DNA from: Escherichia coli
GTDB taxonomy: Bacteria > Pseudomonadota > Gammaproteobacteria > Enterobacterales > Enterobacteriaceae
DNA: 64,000 nt
Direction: 5' to 3' (one strand)
NCBI RefSeq assembly: GCF_003790525.1
Contig: NZ_CP033635.1
The notes below the pieces were generated by a model that saw only the letters and a list, made by a program, of their open reading frames with translations, was not told the origin of the DNA and did not search any database. Within the stretch, counting starts at the first letter, position 1; the number at the start of each line of letters is the position of its first letter. The position numbers were made by a program, and so were the translations under genes. Below are positions 1 through 10,158 of the stretch, piece by piece.

Positions 1-324
1 TTACTCGAGAAATTACAGCAGGCGCAAGAAAAGGGCGACATGGAACAAATCATTAATGCGAACAGACTATTTCGCTTAGCGATTTATCATCGCTCAAATA
101 TGCCCATCCTGTGTGAAATGATTGAGCAACTGTGGGTCAGGATGGGACCTGGTTTACATTATCTCTATGAAACGATTAATCCAGCGGAATTACGGGAGCG
201 TATAGAAAACTATCATCTATTACTCGCCGCGTTAAAAGCAAAAGACAAAGAGGGATGCAGACATTGTCTTGCTGAAATTATGCAACAAAATATTGCTATT
301 TTATATCAGCAATACAATCGTTAA
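1..324 (+). CDS. mcbR: GntR-family transcriptional regulator McbR/YncC, 3' end (gene starts upstream of window)
   Basis: Frame 1 is open from base 1 to the stop at 322-324; the C-terminal 94 aa match the FadR-like C-terminal domain of McbR. Confidence 0.8.
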   Translation, partial: LLEKLQQAQEKGDMEQIINANRLFRLAIYHRSNMPILCEMIEQLWVRMGPGLHYLYETINPAELRERIENYHLLLAALKAKDKEGCRHCLAEIMQQNIAILYQQYNR

Positions 325-329
325 AGTAA

Positions 330-351
330 ATGCCCGGCAAATACCGGGCAT
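330..351. terminator. Hairpin between convergent mcbR and yncD (likely bidirectional terminator)
   Basis: Perfect inverted repeat atgcccgg-caaata-ccgggcat immediately after the mcbR stop and before the yncD stop. Confidence 0.5.
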
Positions 352-359
352 CAAGGTAA

Positions 360-2462
360 TTACTCAAATCGCCACGCAATATTCATGCCGACACCATAAT
401 TTCGCCCGGGCGCAGGTTCGTAATATCGACCGTTTGACTCATTGACAATGACAGAACCAACGTATCCTTTATCGAATAAATTATCGACACGACCAAATAA
501 ATCCACAGTCAAATTGTGGTAATTGTATTTATACCCGGTGAATAAGCCGACGAGAGTATAAGACGGCGCTTTGGCCGTATTTTCATCATCTGCCATAATA
601 TCGCCCATATATCGCGCTTCCGTGCCTGCATACCAGCCTTCTTCCGGTACATAACCTATCGATGCAAAGCCCATATTACGGGCGATCCCTGGCATCCGGT
701 TACCGTTACAATCCTGTTCATTGCACACATTGCTGCGATAGGTCGCATCAAGCCAGGTCCAGGACGCTTTTACGCGAAAATCTCCCGCGAAACGTTGATC
801 CCATGCCAGTTCAGCGCCTTGACGACGGGTCTTTCCGGCATTTTTATATGTGGTACGCCCACCGCTACTGCTATCGACAACAATTTCATCATCGGTGTCG
901 GTCTGGAACAATGCGAGACTCAGCAGCCCATCACCAATACGCGTTTTACTGCCGATCTCAATTGTATCGTTGGTAGATGGTTTTAAACCAAAGTTCATAC
1001 CGCTTTGCCCATCAGCGCGATAAGACAGTTCATTAATCGTCGGCGTTTCAAAACCACGCCCGGCTGCCAGATAGATATTCCAGGCATCGTTCATTGCATA
1101 TTTTAACGAACCGGCAGGTAGCCATTTGTGATAACTGGCATCACCGCTGTCATCGCCGTTACCCGGAGTAACGTAATGGTCGTTGGAATCAAACCATACG
1201 GAGCTGTAGCGCACGCCAGCATCCAGCGACAGTTTTTCGCTCAGCTGCCACTGTGTCTGTAAATAGGGATCGACATTCCACATCAGATTGCGTTCGTCGC
1301 GACGTAACTCACCTTTTTGCCCGTATTCCGGCACGCCGCTATTCAGGCGGAAGTTATTGTAGCCCTTGCGGTTTTCACTCATGTTTTCGTAGTTCAGGCC
1401 AGTAGTGAACGTGACCGGAACACCCAGCTCGCCATGGTGTGTCCAGCGGCTGTCTATCCCCTGATAATGGCGTTGCAGAGTAATCACGCCGCCCGCATGC
1501 GACGGATTAAGTTGAGGGGCCATCGGGATTGACTGGTACTGGGTCGTTTCTCGCTCTCCGGCATACATCATTACACTCATATCATCTTGCGCGCTCAGGC
1601 TACGTTCATAGCGCAACCCAGCCTGAGTTTGCTTGATGGTTTTTCGCGTGTCGTACTGTTCAGCGCGTGGCGCTTGTTGCGGATTCGCCTTCCATTCTGC
1701 TTCGGTTAGCCCACCTGGGTCATCTGCTTTGATATCCACACTATTGAAAATCAGGCTTAATTTGCTGGCTTCATCAATGCGAACGCCCAGTTTGGCATTG
1801 GCTAAATTTTTCTGTGCGCCACTATGGTCACGATAGCCGTGGGTCGTAAAACGCGTGGTTGAGACGGTGTAATCGACATCGCCAGGCTGTGTGCCGTCGC
1901 CCGTTGCGCCTGTTGCTTTCAGCCCATAGCGCCAGCTGCCAAAACTGCCGTAGTAACTACTGGCTTCAATGGTTGGTGGCTGTTGTCCGGTCTGGGTGAT
2001 GACATTCATTACACCGCCAGACGCGTTGCCATACAGAGCAGAGAAGGGGCCACGCAGCACTTCCACATTTTGCACACTGCTTAAATCGATGTTGGATGTT
2101 TGCCCTTGCCCGTCGGGCATGGTGGCGGGAATACCGTCCACATACAGGCGAATACCGCGAATTCCGTAAGTGGAGCGGGAGCCAAATCCGCGAATCGACA
2201 GCTGTAAATCTTGCGCATAGTTCTGCCGGTTTTGTACCTGCAAACCAGGCACGCCAGTCAGTGATTCAGACAAGTTAATGCGCGGTGTTGCCAGGCGCAT
2301 CTCCTCGCCATCCACCACGCTTACTGCTGCTGGCGTATCCAGTTCTGAAACCACCTGCGGCGCGGCACTGACAATCATGGTCTGTTCATCAGCGGCAAAA
2401 ACAACGGGGGAAAGGACAAGCAGTGCGGGCAAAACGGTCTGTCGGACGGAAAAAATCTTCAT
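360..2462 (-). CDS. yncD: TonB-dependent outer-membrane receptor YncD
   Basis: 700-aa ORF with signal peptide, plug and beta-barrel sequence, and C-terminal aromatic residue (…AWRFE); same length as K-12 YncD. Confidence 0.9.
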   Translation of the reverse strand: MKIFSVRQTVLPALLVLSPVVFAADEQTMIVSAAPQVVSELDTPAAVSVVDGEEMRLATPRINLSESLTGVPGLQVQNRQNYAQDLQLSIRGFGSRSTYGIRGIRLYVDGIPATMPDGQGQTSNIDLSSVQNVEVLRGPFSALYGNASGGVMNVITQTGQQPPTIEASSYYGSFGSWRYGLKATGATGDGTQPGDVDYTVSTTRFTTHGYRDHSGAQKNLANAKLGVRIDEASKLSLIFNSVDIKADDPGGLTEAEWKANPQQAPRAEQYDTRKTIKQTQAGLRYERSLSAQDDMSVMMYAGERETTQYQSIPMAPQLNPSHAGGVITLQRHYQGIDSRWTHHGELGVPVTFTTGLNYENMSENRKGYNNFRLNSGVPEYGQKGELRRDERNLMWNVDPYLQTQWQLSEKLSLDAGVRYSSVWFDSNDHYVTPGNGDDSGDASYHKWLPAGSLKYAMNDAWNIYLAAGRGFETPTINELSYRADGQSGMNFGLKPSTNDTIEIGSKTRIGDGLLSLALFQTDTDDEIVVDSSSGGRTTYKNAGKTRRQGAELAWDQRFAGDFRVKASWTWLDATYRSNVCNEQDCNGNRMPGIARNMGFASIGYVPEEGWYAGTEARYMGDIMADDENTAKAPSYTLVGLFTGYKYNYHNLTVDLFGRVDNLFDKGYVGSVIVNESNGRYYEPAPGRNYGVGMNIAWRFE

Positions 2463-2703
2463 GAAAAAAGCCAGGTTAAGAATGGGAAAACGCCGTCATG
2501 GTAATAAAATTGTAAATTTATGGAAAACGAAACGGCACGATACGTTAAGTAATTGAGAGAATTGTAGTCGTAACGGCAAGAAATGCTCCACATTTGAGAA
2601 AATAATGATTACCATTCCCATTTATAACAAGAGCGTAACGATGATTACGCTTAGCGAAGCATTGTGAAGCAGCAAAAATATCGGTTCATCAAAGGGAGTC
2701 GTC

Positions 2704-3765
2704 ATGCATTTACGTCATCTGTTTTCATCGCGCCTGCGTGGTTCATTACTGTTAGGTTCATTGCTTGTTGCTTCATCATTCAGTACGCAGGCCGCAGAAG
2801 AAATGCTGCGTAAAGCGGTAGGTAAAGGTGCCTACGAAATGGCTTATAGCCAGCAAGAAAACGCGCTGTGGCTCGCCACTTCGCAAAGCCGCAAACTGGA
2901 TAAAGGCGGCGTGGTTTATCGTCTTGATCCGGTTACTCTGGAAGTGACGCAGGCGATCCATAACGATCTCAAGCCGTTTGGTGCCACCATCAATAACACG
3001 ACTCAGACGTTGTGGTTTGGTAACACTGTAAACAGCGCGGTCACGGCGATAGATGCCAAAACGGGCGAAGTGAAAGGACGTCTGGTGCTTGATGAGCGTA
3101 AACGTACCGAAGAAGTGCGTCCGTTGCAGCCGCGTGAGCTGGTAGCTGATGATGCCACGAACACCGTTTACATCAGTGGTATTGGTAAAGAGAGCGTGAT
3201 TTGGGTCGTTGATGGCGAGAATATCAAACTGAAAACCGCCATCCAGAACACCGGTAAAATGAGTACCGGTTTAGCGCTGGATAGCAAAGGCAAACGTCTT
3301 TACACCACTAACGCTGACGGCGAATTGATTACCATCGACACCGCCGACAATAAAATCCTCAGCCGTAAAAAGCTGCTGGATGACGACAAAGAGCACTTCT
3401 TTATCAACATCAGCCTTGATACCACCAATCAGCGTGCATTTATCACCGATTCTAAAGCGGCAGAAGTGTTAGTGGTTGATACCCGTAATGGCAATATTCT
3501 TGCGAAGGTTGCGGCACCGGAATCACTGGCTGTGCTGTTTAACCCAGCGCGTAATGAAGCCTACGTGACGCATCGTCAGGCAGGTAAAGTCAGTGTGATT
3601 GACGCGAAAAGCTATAAAGTGGTGAAAACGTTCGATACGCCGACTCATCCGAACAGCCTGGCGCTGTCTGCAGATGGCAAAACGCTGTATGTCAGTGTGA
3701 AACAAAAATCCACTAAACAGCAGGAAGCTACCCAGCCGGACGATGTGATTCGTATTGCGCTGTAA
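2704..3765 (+). CDS. yncE: Secreted beta-propeller protein YncE
   Basis: 353-aa ORF with N-terminal signal peptide and repeated propeller blades; position and length match yncE. Confidence 0.9.
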   Translation: MHLRHLFSSRLRGSLLLGSLLVASSFSTQAAEEMLRKAVGKGAYEMAYSQQENALWLATSQSRKLDKGGVVYRLDPVTLEVTQAIHNDLKPFGATINNTTQTLWFGNTVNSAVTAIDAKTGEVKGRLVLDERKRTEEVRPLQPRELVADDATNTVYISGIGKESVIWVVDGENIKLKTAIQNTGKMSTGLALDSKGKRLYTTNADGELITIDTADNKILSRKKLLDDDKEHFFINISLDTTNQRAFITDSKAAEVLVVDTRNGNILAKVAAPESLAVLFNPARNEAYVTHRQAGKVSVIDAKSYKVVKTFDTPTHPNSLALSADGKTLYVSVKQKSTKQQEATQPDDVIRIAL

Positions 3766-3846
3766 TAGATATGGCGAGGGTGAAAACGGAGAGACTTGCC
3801 TGACTTTTATCACGCCGTATCCGGCACCTTCGTCAGTAATTTGAAT

Positions 3847-3874
3847 TTGCCCGGCACGTAGCCGGGCAATTTTG
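3847..3874 (+). terminator. Rho-independent terminator downstream of yncE
   Basis: GC stem ttgcccggc/gccgggcaa with 5-nt loop followed by ttttg. Confidence 0.55.
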
Positions 3875-3877
3875 CAA

Positions 3878-5377
3878 TTAACTCGCCGTTTCAGGCTTAA
3901 ACACAATTTCCTGTTGTTCTTCATCTTCCTCGACGACTGGCGCAGTGCTGTGAATTTCAGCAACGCGTTTGCGCACACCAAACCAGCCTATAACCAGCAG
4001 AATACCGATAATCGGTAGCGCCGCGATAGTATAAGTCCCGTTCGGGTAATCGAACGCCATCAGCACCAGAACACTCAGTAAAAACAGTAATGTCAGCCAG
4101 GAAGTGAAGGGCGCGCCAGGCAGTTTAAAACTGACATCCGCTGCTTTGCCTTCTTTAATCGCTTTACGCAGGCGCATCTGGCACACGATGATAAACGCCC
4201 ATGAAGCGATGATTCCCAGCGACGCGAAGTTCAACACAATCTCAAATACGCGCGACGGCACCAGATAGTTGAGGAATACGCCGACGACATACACAACCAG
4301 TGTCGCCAGAATCCCGGCATACGGCACATGCTGACGACTCATTTTCGCCATAAAACTCGGTGCGGAACCGCCCATCGCCATTGAGCGCAGAATGCGTCCG
4401 GTGCAGTACAGACCTGAATTCAGGCTGGAGAGGGCAGCGGTCAGCACCACAATGTTCATAATGCTGCCGATATATGGCACACCCAGTTTAGAGAAAAACG
4501 TCACGAACGGACTTTGCCCCGCCTGATACGCGCTCCACGGCAATAGCATAACCAGCAACACCACGGAGCCGACGTAAAACAGGCCAATACGCCAAATCAC
4601 ACTGTTAATCGCTTTAGGCACCATGGTCTGCGGATCTTTACATTCTCCGGCCGCTGTACCCACCATTTCAATAGAGGCAAAAGCAAACACTACGCCCTGA
4701 ATCAACACCAGCGCAGGCAGCAAACCGTGGGGGAAGAAGCCGCCATTATCGGTAATTAAATGAAAGCCAGTGGTGTTGCCATCCAGCGGCTGACCGCTAC
4801 CGAGGAACACTGTACCCACGACCAAAAAGGTCACGATGGCGAGCACTTTAATAAGCGCAAACCAGAACTCCATCTCCGCAAACCATTTCACACCAATCAT
4901 ATTCATGGTGCCAACGATGGTCAGCGCAGCGAGCGCAAAGACCCACTGCGGCACGCCGCCAAACGCACCCCAGTAATGCATATACAGAGCGACGGCGGTG
5001 ATATCGACAATCCCTGTCATCGCCCAGTTGATGAAGTACATCCAGCCTGCAACGTAAGCGGCTTTCTCTCCTAAAAACTCACGGGCATAAGAGACAAAAC
5101 TGCCACTGGAAGGGCGGTGTAGCACCAGCTCACCCAATGCACGCAGAATAAAAAATGAAAACAGGCCGCAGATTAAATAGACCAGTGCCAGTGCTGGCCC
5201 CGCCATTTGCAGTCGGGCTCCTGCACCTAAAAACAAGCCGGTGCCAATCGCGCCGCCAATGGCGATCATCTGAACCTGGCGATTGCCCATCGCTTTGTGA
5301 TACCCCTCTTCGTGGGCATTAAGCCAGCGGCGTTTCGCGGCGTGCTGATCTGAAGTGTCGGTGTCGTGTTTACTCAT
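3878..5377 (-). CDS. ansP: L-asparagine permease (APC family amino-acid transporter)
   Basis: Multi-TM APC permease ORF; start assigned to the internal ATG (MSKHDTD…) at 5375-5377 giving 499 aa; the ORF-track start at 5428 is probably an upstream extension. Confidence 0.88.
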   Translation of the reverse strand: MSKHDTDTSDQHAAKRRWLNAHEEGYHKAMGNRQVQMIAIGGAIGTGLFLGAGARLQMAGPALALVYLICGLFSFFILRALGELVLHRPSSGSFVSYAREFLGEKAAYVAGWMYFINWAMTGIVDITAVALYMHYWGAFGGVPQWVFALAALTIVGTMNMIGVKWFAEMEFWFALIKVLAIVTFLVVGTVFLGSGQPLDGNTTGFHLITDNGGFFPHGLLPALVLIQGVVFAFASIEMVGTAAGECKDPQTMVPKAINSVIWRIGLFYVGSVVLLVMLLPWSAYQAGQSPFVTFFSKLGVPYIGSIMNIVVLTAALSSLNSGLYCTGRILRSMAMGGSAPSFMAKMSRQHVPYAGILATLVVYVVGVFLNYLVPSRVFEIVLNFASLGIIASWAFIIVCQMRLRKAIKEGKAADVSFKLPGAPFTSWLTLLFLLSVLVLMAFDYPNGTYTIAALPIIGILLVIGWFGVRKRVAEIHSTAPVVEEDEEQQEIVFKPETAS

Positions 5378-5643
5378 TGCTCTCCCTGATTGCTTTAATG
5401 AAAAAGTCATATAAGTTGCCATGAACAATGTTTATTCATCCTGGCGATGATAGTTATCACCATTATTCTTTATGGGTATAAAACTATCGGCGCAGCATCC
5501 TACCCGTTATCGATAAACGATGCAAAACATCCCCTTACAATCCTGAAGGGGAATAATACAACTGACGAAAAAATGACAAATCCTTTTGCTGGTTAACCTG
5601 TGTACTGTCCTACACTTAATCTTTAAAAGATTGTGAGGGGCAT

Positions 5644-6261
5644 ATGATTAAGGTGTATGGCGTACCCGGCTGGGGCTCTACAATCAGTGAGCTGATGCTA
5701 ACACTGGCTGATATTCCTTATCAGTTCGTTGATGTCAGTGGTTTTGACCGCGAGGGAACTTCACGCGAGTTATTGAAAACCCTGAACCCGTTGTGTCAGA
5801 TTCCGACACTGGCGCTGGAAAATGACGAGATTATGACGGAGACAGCGGCGATTGCATTGATGGTTCTCGATCGTCGCCCGGACCTTGCGCCACCGCTTGG
5901 GCGCGTCGAACGTCAGCAGTTTCAACAGTTATTGGTCTGGCTGGTTGCTAATGTCTATCCAACATTCACTTTCGCCGATTACCCTGAGCGTTGGGCTCCT
6001 GACGCACCCGAACAGTTAAAGAATAATGTTATTGAATATCGTAAATCGCTTTATATCTGGCTGAATTCACAATTGACCGCTGAACCGTATGTGTTTGGAG
6101 AGCAACTAACGCTGGTGGACTGTTATCTCTGCACCATGCGCACATGGGGACCGGGACACGAATGGTTTCAGGATAATGCCCCGAACATCAATGCGATTGC
6201 TGATGCTGTATGTCAGATACCAAAGCTAAAAGGGATACTAAAGAGGAATGGAATCATTTAA
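5644..6261 (+). CDS. yncG: Glutathione S-transferase homologue YncG
   Basis: 205-aa ORF with GST-like N-terminal thioredoxin fold sequence; conserved neighbour of ansP. Confidence 0.85.
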   Translation: MIKVYGVPGWGSTISELMLTLADIPYQFVDVSGFDREGTSRELLKTLNPLCQIPTLALENDEIMTETAAIALMVLDRRPDLAPPLGRVERQQFQQLLVWLVANVYPTFTFADYPERWAPDAPEQLKNNVIEYRKSLYIWLNSQLTAEPYVFGEQLTLVDCYLCTMRTWGPGHEWFQDNAPNINAIADAVCQIPKLKGILKRNGII

Positions 6262-6845
6262 TTATTTTTCCCATCGATTTCGCCCACTTTCTTTCGCCCG
6301 GTATAACGCAGCGTCGGCATCTGAAATAATTTGTTCAGCCGTTTTTGCGGGAGCAGAACAGGTAATCCCCTGACTAACCGTAACGAATGCATTAACAGCA
6401 GATGCCTGATGCGGGATAGCTGCCAGTTTAAGTTCTTGCTTCACTCTGGCTGCTACCGTCTCTGCTTCCGGCAATGTTGCATTAAAAAGTATGATGACAA
6501 ACTCTTCGCCACCATAACGGACAACAACATCCTCCGACTGGCGAGTTGAACGCTGTAGAGCGTCGGCAACTTGTATTAGACAACGATCCCCAGCAGGATG
6601 CCCGTAAGTGTCGTTGTAACGTTTAAAAAAATCGACATCCAGCATAATAAGAGCAAATGACCCGCCGTTATCTATCGCGTCGTGTAAGATACTGTTCATT
6701 GCACGTCGGTTTGCTATCCCAGTTAAAGGATCACGATGTGCTAATGCATCAAGGCGATTAATTAACTGGTTGTTATAACTGTTTTGTACCCATGCTTCTT
6801 CAAACCAACGTAACAAAATGAGTCGCCCACCATATAGCGCCAGTG

Positions 6846-6853
6846 AAAAAATA
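6846..6853. repeat. IS1 target-site duplication, left copy (aaaaaata)
   Basis: Same 8-bp sequence directly flanks both IS1 ends. Confidence 0.6.
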
Positions 6854-6868
6854 GGTAATGACTCCAAC

Positions 6869-7372
6869 TTATTGATAGTGTTTTATGTTCAGATAATGCC
6901 CGATGACTTTGTCATGCAGCTCCACCGATTTTGAGAACGACAGCGACTTCCGTCCCAGCCGTGCCAGGTGCTGCCTCAGATTCAGGTTATGCCGCTCAAT
7001 TCGCTGCGTATATCGCTTGCTGATTACGTGCAGCTTTCCCTTCAGGCGGGATTCATACAGCGGCCAGCCATCCGTCATCCATATCACCACGTCAAAGGGT
7101 GACAGCAGGCTCATAAGACGCCCCAGCGTCGCCATCGTGCGTTCACCGAATACGTGCGCAACAACCGTCTTCCGGAGCCTGTCATACGCGTAAAACAGCC
7201 AGCGCTGGCGCGATTTAGCCCCGACATAGCCCCACTGTTCGTCCATTTCCGCACAGACGATGACGTCACTGCCCGGCTGTATGCGCGAGGTTACCGACTG
7301 CGGCCTGAGTTTTTTAAGTGACGTAAAATCGTGTTGAGGCCAACGCCCATAATGCGGGCTGTTGCCCGGCAT
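6869..7372 (-). CDS. insB: IS1 InsB (catalytic part; InsAB' is made by -1 frameshifting)
   Basis: 167-aa ORF matching IS1 InsB; overlaps insA in the -1 frame as in canonical IS1. Confidence 0.9.
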
Positions 7373-7566
7373 CCAACGCCATTCATGGCCATATCAATGA
7401 TTTTCTGGTGCGTACCGGGTTGAGAAGCGGTGTAAGTGAACTGCAGTTGCCATGTTTTACGGCAGTGAGAGCAGAGATAGCGCTGATGTCCGGCGGTGCT
7501 TTTGCCGTTACGCACCACCCCGTCAGTAGCTGAACAGGAGGGACAGCTGATAGAAACAGAAGCCAC
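7291..7566 (-). CDS. insA: IS1 InsA (transposition repressor / N-terminal part of the transposase)
   Basis: 91-aa [42 protein letters not shown]… is the IS1 InsA sequence. Confidence 0.92.
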
Positions 7567-7621
7567 TGGAGCACCTCAAAAACACCATCATATACTAAAT
7601 CAGTAAGTTGGCAGCATCACC

Positions 7622-7629
7622 AAAAAATA
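7622..7629. repeat. IS1 target-site duplication, right copy (aaaaaata)
   Basis: Same 8-bp sequence directly flanks both IS1 ends. Confidence 0.6.
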
Positions 7630-8142
7630 CACCATACAACAGCAAAATGAATATTGATCTGTTGATTAAGCATAAGACTCGCTATTGGAGTGGTGAACCA
7701 TAAGGGAATGACAAATGCGAGCAATGATGGGGTATGGAAATAAAGTGCGATAACGCCACTAAGCATTAATAATACACATAGTGGATAAGCAAACTGCAGC
7801 GTCCAGTACGCAATAAAGTGATAACTACACCATGACCATAGCAGGCTCAGGGCAACTAATAGCACCTGGATAGGTAATGTTTTTTGCCGAGGGATGAGTA
7901 GTAAACCACTGCAAATCAGCAGAATACCCGTTGCAGATATATCAATAGAATGTATAAGGCTTTTTTCATTTAACCAGGGTGGAGTAAGGTCATTAAACAG
8001 AACACGGCGCAGCAAAATTATCAATGCAAAACTGACATTGATAAAAGCAAACCATGGCAAACTAATCGTCATGCCGCGAATAACCATATCGCGGCGGGTT
8101 TTCCATGAGTGATGCGTTTTTCTTCGTTCAGCCATTTTTTAA

Positions 8143-8167
8143 CCAAAAAAGGGCAGGATACCTGCCC
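8143..8167 (-). terminator. Rho-independent terminator after the alkyl-sulfatase gene
   Basis: Stem gggcagg-ata-cctgccc followed on the minus strand by a T-run (plus-strand aaaaaa at 8145-8150). Confidence 0.5.
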
Positions 8168-8181
8168 GGTATGCAGTAAAT

Positions 8182-10158
8182 TTATGGTGTCACTATATTG
8201 AACCAAAATTCAAAATTATCCATATAACCTAACAGCTCGTTGAGTTTTTCCGCATTGCCAGTAATTTTGACATCTTCTTTGGCCGTGGCTTCTTTCAGCG
8301 TCTCTTCTTTCAGTACAATTTTGTTCAATACATCACGAGACAGAGTGATAGTGGCATCAGCATCCGAAGCCTCTACACCAGCGGTATGATTGAGAACACC
8401 ATTTTCAAGCTCCACTTTATAGGTGCCGCCATCTTCACCAAAATCGAAATTCAACACGGTTTTGGCATCTGCCGCTTTCTCACCATTAATATGGACGGCA
8501 AGATAATCAAAGAACATCTCCGGCGTCATCGCACGCACGGTGTCTGGGCTGGCAGTATTTGGTGTTGGTAATTTTTGTACGCCATTACGCAATTCCTGTG
8601 CGCCAGTGAGATAGAAATTACGCCACGGCCCAGATTCAGCCTGATAGCCTAACTGCTCAAGCGCATCAGCTTCCAGATTTCTCGCTGCCTGGTTGTTTGG
8701 ATCGGTAAACACCACCTTACTAACAACTTGGGCAACCCAGCGGAAATTACCCTGGTCATAATCCTGTTTGGCTTTCTGTAAAATGGCATCAGCACCGCCC
8801 ATATACTCGACGAATTTTTTTGCGCCTTCTTCTGGCGGCAGTTCATCAAGCGTCGCGGGGTTACCATCAAACCAGCCGAGATAAAGCACGTAAGTTGCTT
8901 TCACGTCATGACTTACCGAACCGTAATAGCCGCGATTCGCCCAGGTATTAGCCAGTGAAGAGGGCAGTTTAAAGTTTGCGGCAATTTCATCACGGGTCAT
9001 CCCTTGATTTGCCATACGCAGAGTTTGATCATTGATGTAACGATACAAATCACGCTGGCTTTTAAGCAGTTTGACCACGTTATCGTTGCCCCAGGTTGGC
9101 CAGTGATGTTGAGCGAGAATAATCTCGGCTTTATCTCCCCATAAATTGAGAGCTTCGTTAATATATTTTGACCACGGCAGCGGTTGGCGAATTTTAGCCC
9201 CACGCAGCGAATAGGTGTTATGAAGGGTGTGCGTGACATCTTCAGCGGTTTCGATCAGTTTCTTTTCTTCAATAAACCACAGCATTTCAGAAGGCGCTTC
9301 AGAGCCTGGCGCCATCAAGAAATCATAGGTCAACCCGTCAATAGTTTCTTTTTGTCCGGTTTTGGTGATGTAGTTAGTAGGAGCAATCAACGTGACCGTT
9401 CCTGCTGAAGTGGTTGTTCCCAGTCCCGCGCCAACCTGGCCTTTAACATCAGGTTTCAATAAGTTGCCATACATATAACTGGCTCGTCGGCTCATCACAT
9501 TGCCAGCCATAATATTTTCGGAAACGGCTTCCTCCAAAAATCCGGCTGGCGCGTAGATTTTAACTTTGCCTGATTTAACGTCAGCTTCATCAATTACGCC
9601 GCGAACACCACCGTAGTGATCGACATGACTGTGTGTGTAGATAACCGCTACTACCGGTTTTTTGTCGCGATTTTTGTAATAGAGATCCATACCCACTTTG
9701 GCTGTTTCTGCTGAAACAAGGGGATCAACGATGGTAATACCCTCTTTGCCTTCAATGATGGTCATATTTGATAGATCGAGATTGCGAATCTGATAGACAC
9801 CTTCAGTTACTTCGAATAACCCGCTGATATTTATCAGTTGCGCCTGACGCCATAAACTTGGATTCACCGTATCAGGGGCTTTATCACCTTCTTTAATAAA
9901 AGCGTATTGTTGTGGATCCCAGATAACATTTCCTTTTTCGCCCTTAATCACGTCTTGAGGGATAGGGGCAACAAAACCTTTATGGGCATCAGTAAAGTCA
10001 GTGTTATCAGAAAACGGCAACTGGTTGTAGAGTAAATTGTTTGCTTGTTGCGTGGCTGCGGTGGCGTCTTTAGGGGCTTCCGCCGCGAGGAGTGGCAAAG
10101 AACTGGTGGTGAATAATCCCGTTATTAGCAGACTTTTAACAATATGATTAAGCTGCAT
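8182..10158 (-). CDS. Secreted metallo-beta-lactamase-fold alkyl/aryl sulfatase (SdsA1/YjcS-like)
   Basis: 658-aa ORF with Sec signal peptide, MBL metal-binding motif (…YTHSHVDHYGG…), then dimerisation and SCP2-like C-terminal regions typical of type III alkylsulfatases. Confidence 0.8.
   Translation of the reverse strand: MQLNHIVKSLLITGLFTTSSLPLLAAEAPKDATAATQQANNLLYNQLPFSDNTDFTDAHKGFVAPIPQDVIKGEKGNVIWDPQQYAFIKEGDKAPDTVNPSLWRQAQLINISGLFEVTEGVYQIRNLDLSNMTIIEGKEGITIVDPLVSAETAKVGMDLYYKNRDKKPVVAVIYTHSHVDHYGGVRGVIDEADVKSGKVKIYAPAGFLEEAVSENIMAGNVMSRRASYMYGNLLKPDVKGQVGAGLGTTTSAGTVTLIAPTNYITKTGQKETIDGLTYDFLMAPGSEAPSEMLWFIEEKKLIETAEDVTHTLHNTYSLRGAKIRQPLPWSKYINEALNLWGDKAEIILAQHHWPTWGNDNVVKLLKSQRDLYRYINDQTLRMANQGMTRDEIAANFKLPSSLANTWANRGYYGSVSHDVKATYVLYLGWFDGNPATLDELPPEEGAKKFVEYMGGADAILQKAKQDYDQGNFRWVAQVVSKVVFTDPNNQAARNLEADALEQLGYQAESGPWRNFYLTGAQELRNGVQKLPTPNTASPDTVRAMTPEMFFDYLAVHINGEKAADAKTVLNFDFGEDGGTYKVELENGVLNHTAGVEASDADATITLSRDVLNKIVLKEETLKEATAKEDVKITGNAEKLNELLGYMDNFEFWFNIVTP

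Larger units (their letters stand above)
6854..7621 (-). mobile_element. Complete IS1 insertion sequence (768 bp)
   Basis: Canonical IS1 ends (ggtaatgactccaactta… to …cagtaagttggcagcatcacc), exact 768-bp length, and insA/insB reading frames inside. Confidence 0.95.
6262..8135 (-). pseudogene. Membrane-anchored GGDEF diguanylate cyclase, disrupted by IS1
   Basis: The N-terminal ~171 codons (8135..7623) encode a multi-TM domain and the C-terminal part (6845..6262) a GGDEF domain with an intact RYGGEEF motif. Removing IS1 plus one 8-bp duplication joins the two in frame (…VVWCIF-SLALYGG…) into a ~365-aa protein. Confidence 0.8.

Noticed and set aside
7617-8135. ORF-track protein of 172 aa ending inside IS1, and 6262-6867 ORF starting inside IS1
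   Set aside because: These are not independent genes. They are the two halves of one diguanylate-cyclase gene split by the IS1 insertion, and their terminal residues are encoded by IS1 end sequence.
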